Assembly (NCBI GenBank): GCA_963763265.1
Contig: CAVXNN010000001.1
Span: 184,949-248,948, forward strand
DNA length: 64,000 nt
Reading direction: 5' to 3'
Origin: an uncultured Actinomycetes bacterium
GTDB taxonomy: Bacteria > Actinomycetota > Thermoleophilia > Solirubrobacterales > 70-9
Position numbers and translations under genes: made by a program. The notes under the pieces were generated by a model that saw only the letters and a program-made list of their open reading frames with translations, did no database searches and was not told the origin of the DNA. Each line of letters begins with the position of its first letter. Within the stretch, counting starts at the first letter, position 1. Below, piece by piece: positions 43,692-55,965 of the stretch.

Positions 43692-45146
43692 CTACTGCTT
43701 CGGCACGAGCCGCGGCCCGTCGGCCGAGTCGCGCACCTCGAAGCCGATCGCCGCCAGCTGGTCGCGGATCTGGTCAGCCCGCTCGTAGTCTTTGTCGGCC
43801 CGCGCCCGCTCTCGCTCGGCCAGCAACGCTTCCGCGTCGACGAACTCCATCGCGGCCTCACCGGTGCTGACGCTCGCACCGACGGGCCGCTCGTCAAATA
43901 TCTGCCGCTCCTCGGTGACCGTGCCAAGCCCGACGAGCCCCAGCATCTCCGCCACGGCCTCGGCCGCCCCCGGCACCTCGTCCCGGTTCGCCTCCGCCAC
44001 CAGCTCGAACACCTCAGCCATCGCCCGGGGAGTGTTGAAGTCGTCGGCCAGCGCCTCGCGAAACGCCTCGAGCCGCTCGGCCGCCCGTGAGCGGCCCTCG
44101 GGGAAAGACTCGCCGGAACCTCCATGCTGTTGTTCCGCCGAGGCTTTCCCCGAGGGCCCCCCCGCACCGCCATGCTCCCGGAAGAAGTTCCTGAGCCGCT
44201 CGACCCGGGCGACCGCTTCCTCCATCGGCCGCTCCCCGAACGCCAGCGGCTGCCGATAGTGCCCCGAGACCAGGTAGGCGACGACCGCCTCCCGCCCGTA
44301 GCGATCGAGCGCCGCCTTCAGCTGGAAGATGTTGCCCTCCGATTTCGACATCTTCGCCGTCCCGACGTCGACCATCCCGTTGTGCATCCAGGCGTGGGCG
44401 AACGGCCGGCCGGCCGCCTCGGACTGGGCGATCTCGTTCTCGTGGTGGGGGAAGACCAGGTCGGAGCCGCCGCCGTGGACGGCGAAGGAGGCGCCCAGCT
44501 CCCGCTCGGCCATCACCGAGCACTCGATGTGCCAGGCGGGCCGTCCCGGGCCCCAGGGCGAATCCCAGCTGGTGTCCTCGCCCTCCTTGGTCGCCTTCCA
44601 GAGAGCGAAGTCGAGCCGCTCCTCCTTGAGGCCCGCCGAGCCCGCCTCCTCGCCCTGGTCCATGTCCTCGGGCCGGCGGTTGGAGAGCTTGCCGTAGGCG
44701 GTGAAGCTGCGCACCCGGAAGTAGACGTCGCCGCCCGACTCATAGGCATGGCCACCCGCGATCAGGTCGGCGATCAGCTCGATGATCCCGTCGATCGTTT
44801 CGGTCGCCTTCGGCTCGGCGTCGGGCCGGCCGAGTCCGAGCCGGTCGGTGTCCTCGATGTAGGCGGCGGTCATCTCCGCGGCGAAGGCCGCCGATCCCCG
44901 CCCCGCCTCCGCGGCGGCGGCGTAGATCTTGTCGTTGACGTCGGTGACGTTGATGACCAGGCGCGCCCGGTAGCCCTCGGAGCGCAGGAAGCGGGCGAAG
45001 AGGGAGAAGATGACGAAGGGCCGCGCATTGCCGATGTGAATGCGGCTGTAGACGGTCGGGCCGCAGGCGTAGATCCCCACCTCGTGGTCGGGGTCGAGCG
45101 CCTGCAGCGCCCCGCTCAGCGTGTCCCTGATCCGCACCTCCCGCAT
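43692..45146 (-). CDS. cysS: cysteine--tRNA ligase
   Basis: 484 aa with the HIGH-type HIGNARPF and KMSKSEGN motifs. Confidence 0.92.
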   Translation of the reverse strand: MREVRIRDTLSGALQALDPDHEVGIYACGPTVYSRIHIGNARPFVIFSLFARFLRSEGYRARLVINVTDVNDKIYAAAAEAGRGSAAFAAEMTAAYIEDTDRLGLGRPDAEPKATETIDGIIELIADLIAGGHAYESGGDVYFRVRSFTAYGKLSNRRPEDMDQGEEAGSAGLKEERLDFALWKATKEGEDTSWDSPWGPGRPAWHIECSVMAERELGASFAVHGGGSDLVFPHHENEIAQSEAAGRPFAHAWMHNGMVDVGTAKMSKSEGNIFQLKAALDRYGREAVVAYLVSGHYRQPLAFGERPMEEAVARVERLRNFFREHGGAGGPSGKASAEQQHGGSGESFPEGRSRAAERLEAFREALADDFNTPRAMAEVFELVAEANRDEVPGAAEAVAEMLGLVGLGTVTEERQIFDERPVGASVSTGEAAMEFVDAEALLAERERARADKDYERADQIRDQLAAIGFEVRDSADGPRLVPKQ

Positions 45147-45174
45147 CGTGCGGCCGAGGTTAACCGGCCGGGGG

Positions 45175-46080
45175 CTAGTAGGTGCGGTAGCCGGCCGGCG
45201 ACTCCGGCTTCGGCTCGCTGTGCAGCCAGGTCGGCCCGCCCTGCTCGGCGGCGGCCTGGACCTCGCGCCGGGCCCGGCTGACGCTGGCGCGGACCTCTTC
45301 CTCGGTCGCGGCCCGCGCCCGCTCCTCGCGCCGCTGGGCCTGCTGCTTGATCCGGTCGGACTCGGCCTGCAACTGGTCCTCGGCGCGGGCGCGGGCGCTC
45401 TCCTCGGCCTCGCGCTCGACCCGCTCGACCAGCCTGCGGACGCTCTCCTCGGCTTCGCGGCGGACCTCCTCGGTCCCCTCCATCACCCGCTTCTCGATCT
45501 CGGTCTCGAGCCGGACCGCGGTCTCGTGCGCGGCCTCCGCGGCCGCCTCGGATTCGGCCGCCCGCTGCTCGGCCGCGGCGACGCGCTTGTCGGACTCGGC
45601 CTGGATGCGGCGGCGCGCCTCCTCCACCCGGCGATCGATCTCCTCGCGGACGCTCGCCTGCGCCTGCTCGACTTCCGCGTTCGCCCGCTTCTCGACCGCC
45701 TCGATCCGCGCCTCGGCGTCGCCCTCGGCCTCGGAGGCCTTGGCGAGGACCCGCTCGCGCTCCGCCTCGGAGGCGCGGCGCAGCTCCTCGAAGGACTTCT
45801 CCGCCCGCTCGCGCGCCGCCTCGGCGGCGGCCAGCTTCGACTCGGCGGCTTCCCGCCCGGCCTTGGCGGCCTCGATCTGCCGGCGCGCCTGCTCGGACAT
45901 CTCGCGGAGCGTCTTCAGCGCCCGCTCCCTGAGCTCGGCGCGAACCCTCTCACCGGCACCCTCCGCGGCCGCCACCCGCGCCTCGGAGACCTTGACCCAC
46001 TCCAGGGCCTGGGCGGCCACCGCGTGCATGTCGCGGTTCGCGTCGCGGACCGCCTTCAGCTGCGTCGCCGGTTCGCTCAT
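45175..46080 (-). CDS. hypothetical Glu/Ala/Arg-rich coiled-coil protein
   Basis: 301 aa, almost entirely a charged heptad-like helix. No catalytic motif. Confidence 0.5.
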   Translation of the reverse strand: MSEPATQLKAVRDANRDMHAVAAQALEWVKVSEARVAAAEGAGERVRAELRERALKTLREMSEQARRQIEAAKAGREAAESKLAAAEAARERAEKSFEELRRASEAERERVLAKASEAEGDAEARIEAVEKRANAEVEQAQASVREEIDRRVEEARRRIQAESDKRVAAAEQRAAESEAAAEAAHETAVRLETEIEKRVMEGTEEVRREAEESVRRLVERVEREAEESARARAEDQLQAESDRIKQQAQRREERARAATEEEVRASVSRARREVQAAAEQGGPTWLHSEPKPESPAGYRTY

Positions 46081-46091
46081 GCGGTCGAAGC

Positions 46092-47747
46092 CTACTGGGC
46101 GCCCCGGCCGCTCGCCTCGCGAGCGTGGAGTTCGCGCTTCAGCACCTTGCCGGTCGCGTTGCGCGGCAGCTCGGCGAGGAACTCGATCTCCCGCGGCACC
46201 TTGAAGGCGGCGAGATTGGCCTTGACGTGGGCGCCCAGCTCCTCGGCCGACAGCGCGGCGCCGGCCTCGAGCACCACGAACGCCTTCAACCGCTGCCCGA
46301 ACGTCTGGTCCTCGACCCCGATGATCGCCACCTCGGAGATCCCTTCGACGTCGGCGAGCAGGTCCTCGACCTCGCGCGGGAAGACGTTCTCGCCGCCGGA
46401 GACGATCATCTCGTCGTCGCGGCCGTCGACGAAGAGGCGGCCGTCGGCGTCGAAGTGGCCGACGTCGCCGCTCGACAGCAGGCCGTCGATCGACTCCTTG
46501 TGGCCGCCGCCGGTGTAGCCCTCCATCTTCATGTCGTTGCCGACGAAGATCCGTCCGATCTCCCCGGGCGGCACCTCGTTGCCCGCCTCGTCGAAGAGCC
46601 GGACCACGGTGCCGCGCGGCGGCCGCCCGGCGGTGCCCGGCGCGGCGCGCAGGTCGGTCGGCGTGGCGATCGTCGCGAAGGACACCTCCGTCGACCCGTA
46701 CAGGTTGTAGATGTTGTCGCCGAAGCGGTCCATCCAGTCGATCGCCAGCTCGCCGGGCAGCGCCGAGCCGGAGAGCGCCGTGATCTTCAGCGACGGCATC
46801 GCGTAGCGGCCGAGCACCTCGTCGGGCATGCCGAGGATCCGCTGCACCATCACCGGCACGGCGGCGAGGACGTCGGCGCGGGTCCGCTCGACCGTGGCCA
46901 GCGTGTCCTCGGGGTCGAAGCGCCGGCGCAGCACCATCGTCGAGGTGGTCGGCAGGGCGATCACGAAGTGCAGGAAGCCCCAGGAGTGGAAGAGCGGCGC
47001 CGCGATCATCATCGTCGAGCCCCGCCGGTAGGGGATCATGTCGAGCAGCGAGGCGATCGTCATCAGGCCGTCCGGGCTGGTGCGCTGCGCCCCCTTCGGC
47101 GTCCCCGTGGTGCCCGAGGTGAGGATCACGAAGCGGGCCTTGTCGGGGGGCGGCTCGAGGTCGTCCTCGGCTCCCGCCGCGATCAGCTGCTCGACCGTCG
47201 TCGCGCCGGCGGGCGGCGCGCCGTCGTGCCAGGCGACGATCCGCCGCACCGCGGGGTCGACGTCGGCCAGCAGGTCGCCGAACTCCTCGTCGTGGACGAG
47301 CGCCTTCGGCCCCTCCCGGCGCATCACCTCGACCAGCTGCGGGCCGGCGAACATCGTGTTGAGGTAGAGCGCCGCGGCACCGAGCTTGGCTGCCGCCAGG
47401 GTCGTCTCGAGGAAGCCGCGGTGGTTGCGCGCCATCACCCCGATGCCGTCGCCAGGGCCGATCCCGAGCGCCGCCAAGGAGTTGGCCAGCGCGTTGGAGC
47501 GGCGGTGCAGCCGCTGCCAGGTCAGCGAGCCGCGTTCGTCGAGGATCGCGATCTCGTGCGGGTGCTCGATCGCGGCGACCGCGGCGCCGGTCGCCGGCGA
47601 GGCGCCCCAGCGCAGGAAGGTCGAGCCGACCCGCAGCGCCTTGTCGGGCCGCATCGCGCCGACGATGCCCGCGTTGCGCAGCACCCGTGCCTCGAAGAGG
47701 AGGTCGGAGACGGCCCCCCGCACGTCGGTTTCAGCCGTGCCTGCCAT
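46092..47747 (-). CDS. AMP-dependent synthetase/ligase (acyl-CoA synthetase family)
   Basis: Track ORF 46092..47927. The start is favoured at ATG 47747 (MAGTAETD). AMP-binding motif LTSGTTGTPKGA, plus later YGSTE and GDVGHFDADGRLFVDGRDD. Confidence 0.85.
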   Translation of the reverse strand: MAGTAETDVRGAVSDLLFEARVLRNAGIVGAMRPDKALRVGSTFLRWGASPATGAAVAAIEHPHEIAILDERGSLTWQRLHRRSNALANSLAALGIGPGDGIGVMARNHRGFLETTLAAAKLGAAALYLNTMFAGPQLVEVMRREGPKALVHDEEFGDLLADVDPAVRRIVAWHDGAPPAGATTVEQLIAAGAEDDLEPPPDKARFVILTSGTTGTPKGAQRTSPDGLMTIASLLDMIPYRRGSTMMIAAPLFHSWGFLHFVIALPTTSTMVLRRRFDPEDTLATVERTRADVLAAVPVMVQRILGMPDEVLGRYAMPSLKITALSGSALPGELAIDWMDRFGDNIYNLYGSTEVSFATIATPTDLRAAPGTAGRPPRGTVVRLFDEAGNEVPPGEIGRIFVGNDMKMEGYTGGGHKESIDGLLSSGDVGHFDADGRLFVDGRDDEMIVSGGENVFPREVEDLLADVEGISEVAIIGVEDQTFGQRLKAFVVLEAGAALSAEELGAHVKANLAAFKVPREIEFLAELPRNATGKVLKRELHAREASGRGAQ

Positions 47748-47939
47748 CGATCCGTGAAGACTATTGGCCGAGCGGCCGGCAGGCCATCCCGCCTCGCCTC
47801 CATGCCTGAGGCGGCGTGGGCCAGCCTCGCCAGGACGCAGGAAGCAGGGGGGGAGGGGAGGGGAGGGGAGCGCACTTCGGTGCGTGACCCGAGCCGAGCG
47901 ACCGAGGACACCGCGAGGCGCCCCCACGCCGCCTCAGCG

Positions 47940-48392
47940 TCAGTCGTCCGCGACTTGGGCGACGGCGATGCAGGCGATGCCCTCGCCGCGGCCGATCCAC
48001 CCCATGCCCTCGTTGCTGGTCGCCTTGACCGTCACCCGGGCCGAGGTCGCCTCGGAGAGGACCTGCTCCATTTCGCGCTTGTGGTCGCCGAGCCGCGGCG
48101 CCTCGCAGATCACCGTCACGTCGACGTTGACGACCATGCCGGCGATCGTGCCGATCGCGGTGCGCAGCAGGTCGATCGAGTCGGCGTCGCGCCACCGCTC
48201 CTCCTCGGGCGGGAAGAGCGTGCCGATGTCGCCGCCTCCCGCGGCGCCGAGGATCGCGTCAATCACCGCGTGGGTGACCGCGTCGGCGTCGGAGTGGCCC
48301 TCTAGGCCCTGCGGGTGGTCGATCTCCACCCCGCCGAGCACCAGCCGGCGGCCGACGGCGAAGCGATGCGAGTCGTATCCGATCCCGACCAT
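47940..48392 (-). CDS. ispF: 2-C-methyl-D-erythritol 2,4-cyclodiphosphate synthase
   Basis: Track ORF 47940..48404. The ATG at 48392 gives MVGIGYDSHRF, with HSDADAVTHA. Confidence 0.9.
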   Translation of the reverse strand: MVGIGYDSHRFAVGRRLVLGGVEIDHPQGLEGHSDADAVTHAVIDAILGAAGGGDIGTLFPPEEERWRDADSIDLLRTAIGTIAGMVVNVDVTVICEAPRLGDHKREMEQVLSEATSARVTVKATSNEGMGWIGRGEGIACIAVAQVADD

Positions 48393-48400
48393 ACCGCCCC

Positions 48401-49243
48401 TCAACCGACCCGGGCGCCGAGCGGCTCGAGCCGCCGGCGGCGCCCCTCGAAGACCGCGATCTCCTCGACCCCGAGCTCGTCGAGGAAGGCGACCGCGTCC
48501 TCATAGCGGAAGCCGATCTGCTCGGGCAGGTGGGCATCGGAGGAGAGCGCGAACGGCACCCCGGCCTCGACCACCAGCTCGGCGAAGGCACGCGCCGGGT
48601 AGAGCTCGCCGACCGGCTTGCGCAGCCCCGCGGTGGAGAGCTCGACCGCCGAGCCACCCGCCACGATCGCTTCCACGGCGGGCTCGAAGAAGCGCCGCAG
48701 GTCGCCCTCCGGCCGCGGCCTGCCCCGTCCCCAGACCTTCACCAGGTCGGGGTGGGCCAGGATGTCGAAGAGGCCGGAGCGCGCGCAGCGGCCGAAGTGG
48801 TCGAAGTACCGCGCCCAGATCTCCTCGGCGTCGTCGCCGCCCTCCCAGACGTCGAAGCCGTCGTGGTCGACCGCCGCGTCGCCGTCGCCGACGAAATGGA
48901 CGGAGCCGACCACGTAGTCGAAGTCGCGCGACTCCAGCATCGCCGCGGTGCGCCCTTCGGCGCCGGGGACGAAGTCGCACTCGACGCCCAATCGCAGCGG
49001 GGTCGCGCGGACGAACTCGCAGTAGGCGTCGAGGTCGTCTTCGGCGTTCTCCAGCCAGAGCGGGTGGCGCCAGAGGTCGAGGGCCTGGCGGAAGCGGTAG
49101 ACGTGCTCGGCCACACCCAGCTCCTCGATCCCGGCCGCCGCCGCGGCGGCGCGGTAACGCTCGACGTTCTCGGCGGTGAAGTAGCGCTCGAACGTGGTCT
49201 CGGGCTCGTCGGGGCGGAGGTGGACGTGGTAATCGGTGAGCAT
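48401..49243 (-). CDS. PHP-domain histidinol-phosphatase (HisJ family)
   Basis: 280 aa. The N-terminal MLTDYHVHLRP and later GSVHFV and LAHPDL are PHP motifs. Confidence 0.75.
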   Translation of the reverse strand: MLTDYHVHLRPDEPETTFERYFTAENVERYRAAAAAAGIEELGVAEHVYRFRQALDLWRHPLWLENAEDDLDAYCEFVRATPLRLGVECDFVPGAEGRTAAMLESRDFDYVVGSVHFVGDGDAAVDHDGFDVWEGGDDAEEIWARYFDHFGRCARSGLFDILAHPDLVKVWGRGRPRPEGDLRRFFEPAVEAIVAGGSAVELSTAGLRKPVGELYPARAFAELVVEAGVPFALSSDAHLPEQIGFRYEDAVAFLDELGVEEIAVFEGRRRRLEPLGARVG

Positions 49244-49265
49244 GGGACAAGCCTAGACTCAGGCG

Positions 49266-49457
49266 GTGATGGGTCGTCAGCTTCTCCTTCTCGCCGGCGC
49301 CTTCTTCGTCGGCGTCTTCGCCGCCCTGGCGCTCGGGGCGATCAACCTCGGCACCGCGCTCGGCGTCGGCCAGGTCACCTTCGCGGCGATGCTCGTCTAC
49401 GTGCTGTTGAGCAGCCGCGGCGGCCGCGCGTCCGGGGACCGGCCGAAGCGCGACTGA
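49266..49457 (+). CDS. hypothetical small membrane protein
   Basis: 63 aa with two hydrophobic helices. It is the only plus-strand ORF in this gap. Confidence 0.35.
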   Translation: MMGRQLLLLAGAFFVGVFAALALGAINLGTALGVGQVTFAAMLVYVLLSSRGGRASGDRPKRD

Positions 49458-49458
49458 C

Positions 49459-50127
49459 TCAGGGCGGCCCTGGCCGCCGCCGCGGATCCCGGGCGCGCTC
49501 CTCGCCGCGCTCGGCGAGCAGCAGCTCGGCGACCCGCAGGTCGAGCGGCGTCGTCACCTTGAGGTTGACCGTGCCCGGGTCGTGGACGAGCACCGTCCCC
49601 CCCGCCGCCTCGATCAGCATCGCCTCGTCGGTGGCGGCGTCGCGGGCCGCCTCGTCGACCTCGAGCGCGGCGCGCAGCGCCGCGGTCCGGAAGACCTGCG
49701 GCGTCTGCGCCCCCCAGAGCTCCGACCGATCGAGCGTCTCGCCGACGACGCGGCGCGGGCTTCGGGTCTCTGGGACCCGGAATATTCCTCGGACCTTCTT
49801 GACCGTGTCGGTGAGCGGGGCGGCGGCGATCACCGCGTCCGCCGCCGGGTCGGCGGCGAGCGCCGCGACGAGGTCGTCGAGCAGCCCCGCGGTGAGCAGC
49901 GGCCGCGCCGCGTCGTGGATCGCCACCAGCTCGGTCTCGACCTCGACCAGAGCGTTGGCGACGGACGCGGCCCGGGTCGCGCCGCCGTCGACGGTCACGA
50001 CCCGCTCCCTCCCGTCCAGCCCGTGGGCGTGGCCGGCGGGCACGGCGACGACGACCTCCGCCACCGACCGACAGGCCAGACAGGCGTCGAGCGACCAGGC
50101 GATCATCGGCCGCCCGCCGAGCGGCAC
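49459..50127 (-). CDS. ispD: 2-C-methyl-D-erythritol 4-phosphate cytidylyltransferase (minimal extent; the true start is probably upstream, near 50199)
   Basis: The 222-aa ORF is IspD-like. The conserved N-terminal signature (VTAVIAAAGSGERLGAGGPKAF) is encoded in frame upstream of the first canonical start. See the finding on 49459-50212. Confidence 0.85.
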   Translation of the reverse strand: MPLGGRPMIAWSLDACLACRSVAEVVVAVPAGHAHGLDGRERVVTVDGGATRAASVANALVEVETELVAIHDAARPLLTAGLLDDLVAALAADPAADAVIAAAPLTDTVKKVRGIFRVPETRSPRRVVGETLDRSELWGAQTPQVFRTAALRAALEVDEAARDAATDEAMLIEAAGGTVLVHDPGTVNLKVTTPLDLRVAELLLAERGEERARDPRRRPGPP

Positions 50128-50209
50128 GAAGGCCTTCGGACCGCCGGCCCCGAGACGCTCCCCGGAGCCGGCGGCCGCGATGACCGCGGTTACCTCGATC
50201 TTGCCGTCC

Positions 50210-50749
50210 TCAGGCGGAGACGGTGGCGGCGAAGCGCTCCTCCAGCAGGCCGTCGAGGTATTCCTCGGCGCCGTCCTCGTCCTTGTCGAGCGCGTACATG
50301 AACTCCGAGGCGAGGATTTTCTTCGCCCGCGTGTACATCTGCTTCTCGCCGGTGGAGAGGCCCTTTTCCATCTCGCGGATCGCGAGGTTGCGGACGACCT
50401 CGGCCAGCTCGAACACGTCGCCGGTCTTGATCTTCTCGCGGTTGTACTTGAAGCGCCGGTTCCAGTTTTTCGGCATCTCGGAGACGTCGTCGGTGAGGAC
50501 GGCGGTCACCTTTTTGATTTCTTCCTCGTCGATCACCCGCCGCAGACCGGCCTTGCCGGCGTTTTCGCAGGGCACCATGACGGTGAGCTCGTTGTGGAGG
50601 ATTTTGATCGTCAGATATTCGCGCTCGCTGCCCATCAGCTCCCGCGTGTCCTTGGCCATGACCAAGCCTGCCCCATGGTGCGGGTAGACGACCTTGTCGC
50701 CTTGCTCGAAGTCGCAGACGTACGCGACCTCCTCGAAGACCTCTTCCAC
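50210..50749 (-). CDS. carD: CarD-family transcriptional regulator
   Basis: 179 aa with the N-terminal FEQGDKVVYPHHGAGLV (CarD_CdnL_TRCF domain). Confidence 0.9.
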   Translation of the reverse strand: MEEVFEEVAYVCDFEQGDKVVYPHHGAGLVMAKDTRELMGSEREYLTIKILHNELTVMVPCENAGKAGLRRVIDEEEIKKVTAVLTDDVSEMPKNWNRRFKYNREKIKTGDVFELAEVVRNLAIREMEKGLSTGEKQMYTRAKKILASEFMYALDKDEDGAEEYLDGLLEERFAATVSA

Positions 50750-50811
50750 GGTCGCCTCATCTAGCTCGGAAATCGGTGGCTCCTTTCTTCGTGCGACGGC
50801 GCCTGTCGCCG

Positions 50812-51924
50812 TCAGCTCTGTAAGTACCGGTCCACGAGATCGACCTCCTGCAGCCGGCGCAGACCCTCGCGGATGTCCTTGGCCCGGCTCGGGCCGACTC
50901 CGTCGACGGCTGCGAGGTCGGCGTCGGAGGCCGCCAGGACCTCCTCCAACCCGCCCAGCTCATGGGTGATCTTCTGGACGACAAGCTTGGGGATCCGCGG
51001 CACCCGGCCGAGCACCCGGTAGCCGCGCGGCGCGACCGGGAAGTCGACGGTGTTGATCTTGCGGTCGTAGCCGAGCAGCTCGGCGAGCCGCCCGAAGTCG
51101 AGCACGTCCTGGTGGGGCAGGCGACCGAGCGCCTGCAGCATCGCGGCGAGGCCTTCCTCGGAGTCCTCGACGGCGTAGTCGCGCAGCAGCGCGGTCTTGT
51201 CGGCGGCGACGCCGACCATCGTCTCCTCGAGCTGCATCTCGATCAACCGGCCCTCGGTGCCGAGCTCGACGATGTAGCGCTCGACCTCGACCGCCATCCG
51301 GGTCACCAGCTCGGCGCGCTGCACGACGGCGAGCGCGTCGTGGAGGACGGTGCGGCCCTCGAATTCGAGCGCGGTCAGCCGGCTGGAAACCTCGTCGAGC
51401 CGCTGCCGGTACTTCTCCAGCGTCGCCAGGCCCTGGTTGGCCTTGGCGAGCACCGCGGGGATGTCCTGAAGGATGTACTTGGCGCCCTCGACGTAGAGCG
51501 AGACCACCTCGCGCCGCTGCGAGACGGCGATCACCAGCGCGTCGGTCTGCTTGGAGACGCGCTCGGCGGTGCGGTGGCGGGTGCCGGTCTCCGAGGAGAG
51601 GATGGTCGGGTCCGGCATCAGCTGGACGTTCGCCCAGGCGATCTTGGTGGCCTCGGTGTTGAGGACGATCGCGCCGTCCATCTTCGCCACCTGGTAGAGC
51701 ATCGCGGGCGTGTAGTCGATGTCGAGGCGGATTCCCCCCGACAGCAGGTGGCTGATCTCGTCGAGCTCGCCGACCACGATCAGGCCGCCGGTGCGGGCGT
51801 GGACGATGTTGTCGATGCCCTCCCGGAGGGCGCCTCCGGGCGCAACTACATCGAGCGCTCGGAGTAGCCGGGGATCCTGACGTTCCGACAGCTCATGAAG
51901 CGCATCCCCTGACAAAGAGGCCAT
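50812..51924 (-). CDS. disA: DNA integrity scanning protein / diadenylate cyclase
   Basis: Track ORF 50812..52305. The ATG at 51924 follows AGGTGG. DAC-domain motifs (GALREGIDNIVHARTGGLIVVG, DGAIVL, GTRHRTAERVS) and a C-terminal HhH (VDGVGPSRAKDIREGL). Confidence 0.88.
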   Translation of the reverse strand: MASLSGDALHELSERQDPRLLRALDVVAPGGALREGIDNIVHARTGGLIVVGELDEISHLLSGGIRLDIDYTPAMLYQVAKMDGAIVLNTEATKIAWANVQLMPDPTILSSETGTRHRTAERVSKQTDALVIAVSQRREVVSLYVEGAKYILQDIPAVLAKANQGLATLEKYRQRLDEVSSRLTALEFEGRTVLHDALAVVQRAELVTRMAVEVERYIVELGTEGRLIEMQLEETMVGVAADKTALLRDYAVEDSEEGLAAMLQALGRLPHQDVLDFGRLAELLGYDRKINTVDFPVAPRGYRVLGRVPRIPKLVVQKITHELGGLEEVLAASDADLAAVDGVGPSRAKDIREGLRRLQEVDLVDRYLQS

Positions 51925-51992
51925 CCACCTAATTATGGCAAAAACGGCTCTGGAATGCGGTTCCGTCGCCCGGCCAAGACGCCGGCCCCGGC

Positions 51993-53126
51993 TCAGGCGG
52001 CGGGGACGAGGTCGTGCTCGGGGTCGATCCCCCAGCGGCCGCCGACCTCGACCAGCTCCGGGCTGAGCGCCCAGACGTCGGGCTGCTCCTCGCCCTCGAA
52101 GCCGGGGTTGGCGCCCTTCAGCGCCATGCAGCCGGTGTTGTCGCCGATCTCCCGGATCGCCGCGACATCCTCGTCGGAGAGTCGCATGCCGGCCGGGATC
52201 GCGGCCAGCTCCTCGCGCTGGGACTCGATCGTCCGCGCCTGCGGCCCGACCTCCTGGATCAGGGTCGGGGCGACGCACTCGACCGCCGGATGGGCGAGGT
52301 TCCACTGGCAGGCGAGGCCGATCGGGCTGAGTCCGGCGCGCTCGGCGAAGGGCCGCAGCAGCGCCAGCTTCTCGAGGCCCGCCTCGATCCAGCCCGCCGG
52401 GCGGAAGCCGCGGTGGTCGCCCCGGGCAAGCTCCATCCCGGGCCGCAGGTCGTCCCAGAAGAGGCCGCCGTAGTCGACCACGCGGGTGATCACCTTGACC
52501 TCATGGCGCGCCGCCGCGTCGAGCACCAGCTCGCCGGGCCAGGGCTCCAGCGGGTTGAGGATGATCATCGCCCAGTCGATCCGCTCGCCGAAGCACTCCA
52601 GGCAGGAGATCAGGTCGAGGGTGAAGCCGTTGGCGGGGCCCGGCGCGACCCCGATCCGGTCGGCGAGGCCCGCCTCGCGGAGCGCCGCCATCCCGTCCCA
52701 GACGACCTCCGAGGTGTAGCCGATGCGGTCCGGGTTGTGGAGCAGCAGCAGGTCGAAGCGCGAGGCGCCGACCCGCTCGAGGCTCGCCTCGGTCGCCATC
52801 CGCAGGTAGGAGGCGTAATCGCCCGGCCCGCGCAGCGAGGGGTCGGTGAAGCGCGGGAAGCCCTTCGGGCCGTTGCGCTCCCCGTCGTAGAAGTCGTGGC
52901 CGACGGCGCCGACCAGCGAGAAACCCTCGCGGGGCACGCCGGCGACGGCACGGCCGAGCACCCGGTCGGCCTCCCCCTGTCCGTAGACGTCGGCGGTGAT
53001 GACCGTGTCGACGTCCTCGGCCGGCCGCAGCAGTGCGGCGAGGCGATCCTCCTCGATCGCCTCGCCGAAGTGAAGGAAGCGGCCGCCGCTCCAGGTGCCG
53101 ATCGCGCTGCGGCCGGGTTCCCTCAT
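51993..53126 (-). CDS. aldo/keto reductase
   Basis: 377 aa with an AKR-like TIM barrel (DTVITADVYGQGEAD, FDLLLLHNPD). Confidence 0.75.
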   Translation of the reverse strand: MREPGRSAIGTWSGGRFLHFGEAIEEDRLAALLRPAEDVDTVITADVYGQGEADRVLGRAVAGVPREGFSLVGAVGHDFYDGERNGPKGFPRFTDPSLRGPGDYASYLRMATEASLERVGASRFDLLLLHNPDRIGYTSEVVWDGMAALREAGLADRIGVAPGPANGFTLDLISCLECFGERIDWAMIILNPLEPWPGELVLDAAARHEVKVITRVVDYGGLFWDDLRPGMELARGDHRGFRPAGWIEAGLEKLALLRPFAERAGLSPIGLACQWNLAHPAVECVAPTLIQEVGPQARTIESQREELAAIPAGMRLSDEDVAAIREIGDNTGCMALKGANPGFEGEEQPDVWALSPELVEVGGRWGIDPEHDLVPAA

Positions 53127-53139
53127 CCTGCTTTTCCGC

Positions 53140-55716
<2,577 letters not shown>

Positions 55717-55965
55717 ATGAAAAACCTCTTCTTGGTCGCACCCGGGGAGGACCCCGGATTGAAGACGGCGACGCCTAGTCCTTCATCGGATGACGCCGTT
55801 TCGTCCCCTTACTCTACCGGGGTCGCCGACTCGGCTTCGTGTGCATCTCGCACGCTTGTTGCGAGCTTTCTGAGAGAAAGCGACAGAAAGCCGGCACAAA
55901 TTCTCCAAAGTGGTCGGCCGGGAGCCCCCGCGGCGGGTCGCCAGGCGGGATGACCGGCCTGGCGC

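Noticed and set aside
45175-46080. Coiled-coil Glu/Ala/Arg-rich protein as a candidate novel system component
   Set aside because: It is a low-complexity charged helix in a conserved housekeeping context, with no partner genes or catalytic motif. It is kept as an ordinary hypothetical protein.
55717-55965. CtsR or ClgR operator in the long leader upstream of clpC
   Set aside because: No GGTCAAA-type heptad repeat was found on either strand. The small palindromes (CTCGCA-n7-TGCGAG, CTTTCT-gag-AGAAAG) do not match the operator consensus sequences I remember. They are left unassigned.
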